64,000 nt of DNA from a virus. Taxonomy: Duplodnaviria > Caudoviricetes. Numbering within the stretch: position 1 is the stretch's first letter; the number at the start of each line of letters is the position of its first letter. Of the stretch, positions 58,801 through 64,000 are shown one piece after another. The notes under the pieces were generated by a model. The model had not been told where the DNA came from. It worked only from the letters and a program-made list of their open reading frames with translations, and did no database searches. The translations under genes and the position numbers were made by a program. The stretch spans positions 32,001-96,000 of IMG/VR virus record IMGVR_UViG_3300033061_001635. One strand, given 5' to 3'.

Positions 58801-60239
58801 AGAACATTAGCACAACCATTTGGACAAAGTCCTGTAGATTGACATAATGTAATAGAGGCTGGAACAGTATGGGTTATACCGCCTCCATTATTCCTTATGA
58901 TACTTCCACTTAGTGGGTTTATAATGGCTGGCCAATTACTATCAATATTTTTAAATACATACTGATATTCAATTCCAGGAACCATATTATCTATTTGAAG
59001 ATCAAAAGCCGCATAGTTTCCATCACCAAAAGATAAAGCAGTACTGGATGGTAATCTAGCCTTTAGTAATGGTAGGCAGTCGTTACAAACCGCTACAATA
59101 TCATTACTATAAGCAACAGGAGTAGCATAGGCGTTTTGGTTCAAAGACATTTTGAACCTGGATTGTTTTTTTATAGAATTAAGAGCAACGCTTGATGATC
59201 TTAGGTTTGTGTACGGCATAATTCCAGGACTACCGCTTGGACATAATCCTGTAGCAGTACAAAAGGTTGCTACAACAGGTATTCTCATAGAGTCTGAGGT
59301 GGCCACAACACTACCAGACTGTGGAGACAATATGAGTGGCCAATTTCCATCAAGACCAGCAAAAGAATAATTATATCTTTCTCCAATAACAAGATTATTG
59401 ACTGTTACTTCAAACTCATTATTACTATGGTTGCTTCCTATATTAACAAAATTAGGAGACAGTATCTGTATTGATGGTATGCAATCTAAGCAAGTTGCAG
59501 CAAAAGATCCAGCAACTTTATTTTGGAATGTGTCATCATTTGGCACTAAAGACACATTAACAAGGGAATAAGGATCTTCACTAAATCTTCTATTTTCTAT
59601 ATTCTGATAATTTATTATAGAAGGATCTGTGCTTGGACAAGCTCCTGTAGACGGACAGAAAGATAGTAGTCCATTAATAGTAAAATCAGAAGACGAAGTT
59701 GTAATTATTCCTGATCTTGGTGTTATCTTTAGAGGCCAATTGCCTCCTCCTCCGTTCAAGAAATAAGTATATTCTTGATTTGGAATTAAACCAGTACATT
59801 TAATATTAAATGTCTTTGAGTTCCCATCCTCTTTTGTTAATGATAGATCACCATTACCATTATTAAAAGATAAAGACAATGGAGGAATACATTGATCGCA
59901 CTGCACTATGCAGGGATGAGTGTATAAAAGTTCATTAGAGCTATTATCTCTGATTTCTAAGTCTAGTACGGTATACAAACTTTTATTGTTTAGATCTAAT
60001 CCGGGTGCAATAAGGCTATTTTCTGGAACATTATAAAATACGTTAGGGTCAGATTCTGGGCATTCTCCAGAATTCGAACAAAAATAAGCATATGACTTAA
60101 CACTATTAGGAAAAAACACTCCGGACAATGGAGATACTCTAACTGGCCAGTTTCCACCATTATTCTTAAAAATAAATTTATATTTTGTGTCCGGATCAAA
60201 TCCACTTACTTGAACATTTATTGCTTGGATAGTTGACAT
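55854..60239 (-). CDS. Tandem-repeat virion protein (1461 aa; ten Cys-rich NWP repeats of about 130 aa)
   Basis: Repeated L..G..Y.Y.F....NWP..I.P.SG...FC..TG.CP...YSN...I.C..C; AGAGG RBS. Confidence 0.8.
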   Translation of the reverse strand: MSTIQAINVQVSGFDPDTKYKFIFKNNGGNWPVRVSPLSGVFFPNSVKSYAYFCSNSGECPESDPNVFYNVPENSLIAPGLDLNNKSLYTVLDLEIRDNSSNELLYTHPCIVQCDQCIPPLSLSFNNGNGDLSLTKEDGNSKTFNIKCTGLIPNQEYTYFLNGGGGNWPLKITPRSGIITTSSSDFTINGLLSFCPSTGACPSTDPSIINYQNIENRRFSEDPYSLVNVSLVPNDDTFQNKVAGSFAATCLDCIPSIQILSPNFVNIGSNHSNNEFEVTVNNLVIGERYNYSFAGLDGNWPLILSPQSGSVVATSDSMRIPVVATFCTATGLCPSGSPGIMPYTNLRSSSVALNSIKKQSRFKMSLNQNAYATPVAYSNDIVAVCNDCLPLLKARLPSSTALSFGDGNYAAFDLQIDNMVPGIEYQYVFKNIDSNWPAIINPLSGSIIRNNGGGITHTVPASITLCQSTGLCPNGCANVLTYTAATNCNNKVARFKAEVTAVGYDIPSVNSNAYIVTCNDCIDQPTATIPNVIVNNNNEGLFNVPVNNLSPTSEYRYKFVSLDANWPVSISPISGIISSVSSHTLSVSTSFCQTTGVCPNGSPNILPYSAGSKKQFNFGSLNKFAKIRLEIDPVLPLNNDLATVYSNEAIIKCDDCISAPVIQVPRDVTVGPSNTATINMVGTDLSPNTSYKYKVLSIDSNWPTVINPMSGTIVNSATCDIALSIAFCASTGICPNGNKNILPYSAVTSYNQFTLGSLQKSSKFQVEFDPVDDDLPTVYSNESLIRCSNCIPDPEIGMADTIVLDDINPKRFSISGINLLEGVEYKYRFIGLDSNWPTILNPISGNIISSTSFDIPVEISFCAGTGICPTGSKNVLNYTLANDSQYRLASLSKVTKVKLELVPNLPGLQTVYSNEITILCSGCLNPLSAEFKTSIVNNPSKANANNNVKLNLKGLVPGIEYSYVLESVKNNWPMIVNPISGTLVSPNTSGEATIYYDICYSTGLCPTDSLYVLPYTYTSDSPNRKQFNVRAKVKALNSNLPEAEAFSNVFSIKCDSEDCLPKVTISGIPATGGISFRDSYNITPIIKNLLPDIVYTYKYKSLDANWPSIVYPTSGIIRNASVYEIPTSIQFCKSTGLCPNNVNTSVLSYDLDSVCQTTNNELAFTKFVNFILEVEPLAAPGLSKVYSNASLLTMTNNIGGLEISYNPPLSTDGGTVIGSNDGITLNSVSQGAFSLRTKASGLLVGEKYEYTVNYLDSNWPVVITPQSGSFIATQDNKVIYTDVGFCFPSGECAMNTKDVILKYRTNSLYNKNRTEFVMVNISVQQSGCPQSIAYGKDYKIECNDCVPNNPVSVAISGGPLLDLGSCCSGTRLMLVDIKGASSSDRYKYEFSSLTTNVTFNQPSSGYMTFTKNGSGVVMGIANTSLSNYDEGVVRFRLFNENNGIEANDYLGLKCGPNECAT

Positions 60240-60258
60240 TATTTCCTCTTTATTTTTA

Positions 60259-61074
60259 TTAAGTACAATTTGATGGCGTGTTAATTGATATGTCTACGCT
60301 TCTTGCAGTCGATTTTGATTGACAATCAGAACAATAAAATTTAGCTATATTACTATCATGAACAACATCAGGATACTCTGTGTCAGAATATGATAGTCTA
60401 ATAGTAACTTCAGGATTATACCAATGCAATTTTGGATGATTATTAATTGAATAGTTTAAAACTCCATATCTGCCATTATAACAAACCCCTGTATTCTGAC
60501 AGAATCCAGCGTCTATGTTCAATATCACTGGATTGGCCGGTGTTCCACCGCTACCAGAATGGAAATATCCTGTTGGCGAAGAAACAACAAATGGCCAATT
60601 GGCATCTAAAGAGTATATAGAATATTGGTATGTTTTTTGCGGAGTAAGATTAATAAATCTAGTACTCAAATTTGTTTCGTCATTCGTAGTCAACAATGTC
60701 TGGGAGGCTGTTATCTCGGCTTTTGGTAGACTATAATTAGAGCTTAATTTAAATGCAGAACTTTGATAAACCTTTGTTGGATCTCTTACTAGATTAAAAT
60801 CAATAACGATATTACTAAAATAATCATCTCCTACAGTACAAAAGTGTTCTGTGCAAGCAAGATATCCTTCATAATTTTCATCACAACTATTTTTAGTTGG
60901 ACAAAAATAAGCAGAAGCAGATATGGTTCCGCTGGTACTGGTCGAAGAAAATATTCCACTAATAGGAGTTATGGTTATGGGCCAATTAGAACTTATGCTT
61001 TTGAAAGTATAGTTATACTTTTCATTAGGTTTTAAATTGGTCAATGTTGCAGTAACGTCTTTTGGATTTGGCAT
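60259..61074 (-). CDS. Protein with two NWP repeats
   Basis: SSNWPITITPISG...FCP and DANWPFVVSSPTG...FCQNTGVC. Confidence 0.75.
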   Translation of the reverse strand: MPNPKDVTATLTNLKPNEKYNYTFKSISSNWPITITPISGIFSSTSTSGTISASAYFCPTKNSCDENYEGYLACTEHFCTVGDDYFSNIVIDFNLVRDPTKVYQSSAFKLSSNYSLPKAEITASQTLLTTNDETNLSTRFINLTPQKTYQYSIYSLDANWPFVVSSPTGYFHSGSGGTPANPVILNIDAGFCQNTGVCYNGRYGVLNYSINNHPKLHWYNPEVTIRLSYSDTEYPDVVHDSNIAKFYCSDCQSKSTARSVDISINTPSNCT

Positions 61075-61108
61075 TATAATACCTCAAAACATATGGTAAT
61101 CAATGGTT

Positions 61109-61116
61109 AATACACC
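61109..61116 (-). promoter_or_regulatory. GGTGTAT-type putative phage promoter
   Basis: The reverse complement reads GGTGTATT, 42 nt upstream of ATG 61074. Confidence 0.5.
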
Positions 61117-61141
61117 ATATTAGATTGTTAAATTTGATCAA

Positions 61142-62131
61142 TTATTCTGTTATTTTAAAACTAATATCTGGCAAAGATGGTGTCGTATTAGGGTTCGAAG
61201 TGGCATATTTTAATATAATATAATCACTATATACAGTATTATCATTTAGGCAATCATCACATTTAAGTGATGCTCTAATGATTACTCTATAGTCGATACT
61301 GGATCGCCAAAGAATAGGATAATCAGGTGTTGTATATGGATTCAATATTTCTGGATAAGAATCACAGGCACCAGATGCACAAAATACTAATCGGTTAGTT
61401 ACAGATGATATATCTTCTATTGTGTCTAATGTATTTTTACCAGTAGTTAATGTGCCAGAAGGTTTTCCAACAAAATAGGTTGGCCATTCAGCATCAATAA
61501 CATCAACACTATAGGTGTAGTTTTTATAAGATTGTAATCCAGTAACGGCTATATTAAAACTATAAATATTATTAGTCGCATTAAGCGAATTAGGTATAAT
61601 GGCTTGGGCGCTAATTGGCTCATTACTAGCAGTACCTACTTCAGATCCTTGAACAACAGAAGGAACAACAACTGGATCATTTTCTGAAGATGCTATAGAA
61701 GCAGATGGATAGGACATTACTGTTAAATTAGAAACAGGGATTGTTGAAGTTATTATTCTTATAGAAGGTAGATTCTGTATATCATCTATAAATCCTTCTA
61801 GTGGACCTCCAGCTGCTGGAATATTTATTGGTAGTTGTGCAGATTCTCTCATTATGAAATAATACGATTCTCTGGGTTGTAATGATACAAGAGTAGAGGC
61901 TGGGTCTGGTTGATAAGTCTTAACTCCATTCTGAACCGATAATAGTTTTGTCCAGAAGGCCGGGACTGCTCCATTGGAAGGATTTTGACTTGCATATATA
62001 GTGCTAACAGATTGTAATAGTTTATTAAAATTTACTAATTGATCCGGAGTCAAATTTGATGATTGACCAGTTAAATTTAATGGATTTTGTCCAGCATAGT
62101 GTGTTATACATAATGGACTATTTATTATCAT
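61142..62131 (-). CDS. Virion protein with one C-terminal NWP-like repeat
   Basis: GLQSYKNYTYSV...AEWPTYFVGKPSG...FCASGAC...VYSD. Confidence 0.7.
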   Translation of the reverse strand: MIINSPLCITHYAGQNPLNLTGQSSNLTPDQLVNFNKLLQSVSTIYASQNPSNGAVPAFWTKLLSVQNGVKTYQPDPASTLVSLQPRESYYFIMRESAQLPINIPAAGGPLEGFIDDIQNLPSIRIITSTIPVSNLTVMSYPSASIASSENDPVVVPSVVQGSEVGTASNEPISAQAIIPNSLNATNNIYSFNIAVTGLQSYKNYTYSVDVIDAEWPTYFVGKPSGTLTTGKNTLDTIEDISSVTNRLVFCASGACDSYPEILNPYTTPDYPILWRSSIDYRVIIRASLKCDDCLNDNTVYSDYIILKYATSNPNTTPSLPDISFKITE

Positions 62132-62173
62132 AATAGACTCTTTTAATAATGAAGTTTATATAACTGTAATTGA

Positions 62174-62181
62174 TATACACC
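62174..62181 (-). promoter_or_regulatory. GGTGTAT-type putative phage promoter
   Basis: The reverse complement reads GGTGTATA, 50 nt upstream of ATG 62131. Confidence 0.5.
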
Positions 62182-62182
62182 C

Positions 62183-63076
62183 TTATATATTCGTGACAGG
62201 AGTAAACATGTGACCAACTGTTCCTCCAACAACGACTGATGAAATAAAAGGTATACTCTGTGGCTGATTGTCATCCAAAAGAGAAAAATCTTTTAAAGGC
62301 AGCATAATCACAGAATCATAACTGTCTCCCATATTATTTGGGATAAATTGGGCTAATATTTTATTGTTTATTGAATATGTCCAATTATTAGATTGATCTA
62401 ATATAGTATATTTGGGATATTTATGTAAATTAATTCCTATACATTCTGATTTTGTTATTGTGAAACTTCCAGAATATTCATTTTTATTTAATTTAGGATT
62501 ATTAATAGAAGATTCAATTAGTCCAGCTGTAGGAGCTACATTCAACTCAAATGTAAAAGGATCTATATTTTTCCCTATTTTTATACTAAGAGTGTCTGGT
62601 ATTGATGGATTGGTTAAAGTGTCTCCTTCTGTTACCAATGACGGAGCCAATTGATTAGATTCTGACATCACAAATAGTCTGCCACCATTAGGACCATAAT
62701 TAGCAGGAGTTTCAGCTAAAATCTTTCCATTAATAGAGAAAGATGTATTGACAGGAGAACAATTAACCAAGATATAGTCTGTATGAACAATAACATTAGA
62801 GATATCTTTTATTTGTAATCTAATTAAAATTTTTGTATATATCTTATGAGACAATTTTCCTTTTGCTATTGCTGTGATGGGACTATTATTTGACCCGCTT
62901 ATTGCGTAAGAAGAAGGAGTAAAAGTAATATCTGTTAAAACATTATCTGGTATAATATTAGTAGTGCTAAAATAGCAAATGTATTCTTGATGTAAACTCA
63001 AAGAGCTTGGAGACGGAAAAGTTAATATAATACCATTTTCTAAATTATTTATATTAGTATTGAATTCGTTAATCAT
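62183..63076 (-). CDS. Hypothetical virion-associated protein
   Basis: Beta-rich ORF in the structural operon. Confidence 0.6.
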   Translation of the reverse strand: MINEFNTNINNLENGIILTFPSPSSLSLHQEYICYFSTTNIIPDNVLTDITFTPSSYAISGSNNSPITAIAKGKLSHKIYTKILIRLQIKDISNVIVHTDYILVNCSPVNTSFSINGKILAETPANYGPNGGRLFVMSESNQLAPSLVTEGDTLTNPSIPDTLSIKIGKNIDPFTFELNVAPTAGLIESSINNPKLNKNEYSGSFTITKSECIGINLHKYPKYTILDQSNNWTYSINNKILAQFIPNNMGDSYDSVIMLPLKDFSLLDDNQPQSIPFISSVVVGGTVGHMFTPVTNI

Positions 63077-63080
63077 AGTA

Positions 63081-63611
63081 TTACACGCACTGTATTGTTA
63101 TTAGTTTTTCAATAATTTTTTGACTAATATCTGTTCTTGATACTGAAAACTTGAAAATACTAGTTGATTGTTGTGGATTAGGTATAGATAAAGTAACACG
63201 AACAGAAACCTTTGATTGAGTTATTCCAGTATCTGTATATGTACTATAAACAGGTTCAGATATAGCTATATTACCAACAGAAGAATTATTCGTTAGTTCT
63301 ACAAATTCAAAAGAGTAATCGGTAAAATCGTTTATTATGGGTAGAACTTCAAATTCCAGAGCATCACCAGTGCTGCAAAAGTTACTAATTAAATTTGTAC
63401 TTACTAGCGAAGATTTATAGTATAATCTAGCATCTGTTGATAGAGTGTTACTAGGACAAACAATTTTACCAGACCATTCTATTATTGATCCATCAGTAAG
63501 TTTGGAATATAATTTACCAGTTTTACTATTCATAACTAATTCACCAATGCTCACCTGATCTGGGCCAGGGAACCCTAGGCTTGTTTCATCTCTTTTTAAT
63601 AAAATTTTCAT
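63081..63611 (-). CDS. Fibre-like protein with an Mtd/hyaluronidase-type N-terminal motif
   Basis: Start reassigned to ATG 63611 (AGGAG RBS, TAATG coupling). Begins MKILLKR.....P....GELVMNSKTGKLY. Confidence 0.6.
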   Translation of the reverse strand: MKILLKRDETSLGFPGPDQVSIGELVMNSKTGKLYSKLTDGSIIEWSGKIVCPSNTLSTDARLYYKSSLVSTNLISNFCSTGDALEFEVLPIINDFTDYSFEFVELTNNSSVGNIAISEPVYSTYTDTGITQSKVSVRVTLSIPNPQQSTSIFKFSVSRTDISQKIIEKLITIQCV

Positions 63612-64000
63612 TAACACACTCCTGTAAATAATACCATACCAAAGTCCCAATTAGAAAAACTACTATCTATTGTATCAAATGGCGCTCCAGGATTTGTTCC
63701 AGAAACGTAGGAGTAAGCAAATGCGCTTTGATTATTTAAACTATTATAATTATTCCAAGCAGAAACTCTATAATAATAATCTAAACTAGAACTTGTTCCA
63801 TATATGGTTTCTGACGTATCATCTATTAAATTAGACGTATTATTATAATCCTGCCATGTTAAACCCTTATCTGTTGACTCTTGAATAGTATAGCCTATAA
63901 TTGCAGATCCTCCAGCATCGCTTGCCGACCAACTTAATGCAATACTTGATGTATTATTCTCATTAAAAGTTCTAGTATATATTATGTTATTTACGGCTTT
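63611..64000 (-). CDS. Fibronectin type III domain protein, 5'-truncated by the window edge; not in the ORF track
   Basis: Open frame from 64000: ...SIALSWSASDAGGSAIIGYTIQESTDKGLTWQ...YYYRVSAWN...GVC*. Confidence 0.75.
   Translation of the reverse strand, partial: KAVNNIIYTRTFNENNTSSIALSWSASDAGGSAIIGYTIQESTDKGLTWQDYNNTSNLIDDTSETIYGTSSSLDYYYRVSAWNNYNSLNNQSAFAYSYVSGTNPGAPFDTIDSSFSNWDFGMVLFTGVC

Noticed and set aside
36373-62654. Short plus-strand and nested ORFs in the - arm (e.g. 44736..45017, 53539..53721, 62412..62654)
   Set aside because: They lie within or antisense to long structural genes. The Val/Gly-rich 53539..53721 is simply the reverse of a Thr/Pro tract.
1-64000. Stop-codon reassignment (alternative genetic code)
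   Set aside because: Long conserved genes are intact under the standard code, and TAA, TAG and TGA all end genes at sensible coupled junctions.
1-64000. tRNA, rRNA or structured ncRNA genes
   Set aside because: Intergenic gaps are mostly under about 115 nt and none shows cloverleaf or T-loop signatures by eye. tRNAscan-SE and Infernal would be needed to exclude them formally.

Overview
This AT-rich (roughly 30% GC), gene-dense window is best read as part of a large tailed dsDNA bacteriophage genome using the standard genetic code. A Planctomycetota-like host is inferred but not proven. The + strand arm (1-35481) has four blocks. (1) ClpP and a DeoC-like protein that lacks its catalytic lysines. 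(2) A virion/envelope cassette with fibre-like genes, holin-like membrane proteins and a papain-like C1 peptidase. (3) Nucleotide metabolism (dCMP deaminase, class II RNR, PhoH, dNMP kinase) and replication/recombination genes (RecA, DnaB, primase, Cas4/AddB-like nuclease, SSB, Rad52-like annealing protein). (4) A seven-gene glycosyltransferase-like cluster in which only the first gene looks catalytically intact. DNA Pol III alpha (DnaE) is split into two intein-less genes, with a 59-aa ORF and a DEDDh exonuclease between the halves. The - strand arm (35478-64000) encodes large virion/tail proteins: 2542 aa, 2163 aa, a circularly permuted FGE-sulfatase (C-type-lectin-fold) protein interrupted by a probable propeller, Pro/Thr-rich proteins, and a Cys-rich 'NWP' repeat family. 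Two promoter classes are visible: sigma70-like promoters, several buried in coding sequence, and a recurring GGTGTAT element usually 42-54 nt upstream of starts. I found no tRNA, rRNA, CRISPR array, intein or reverse transcriptase. All functional calls come from motif recognition by eye; no database searches were run.
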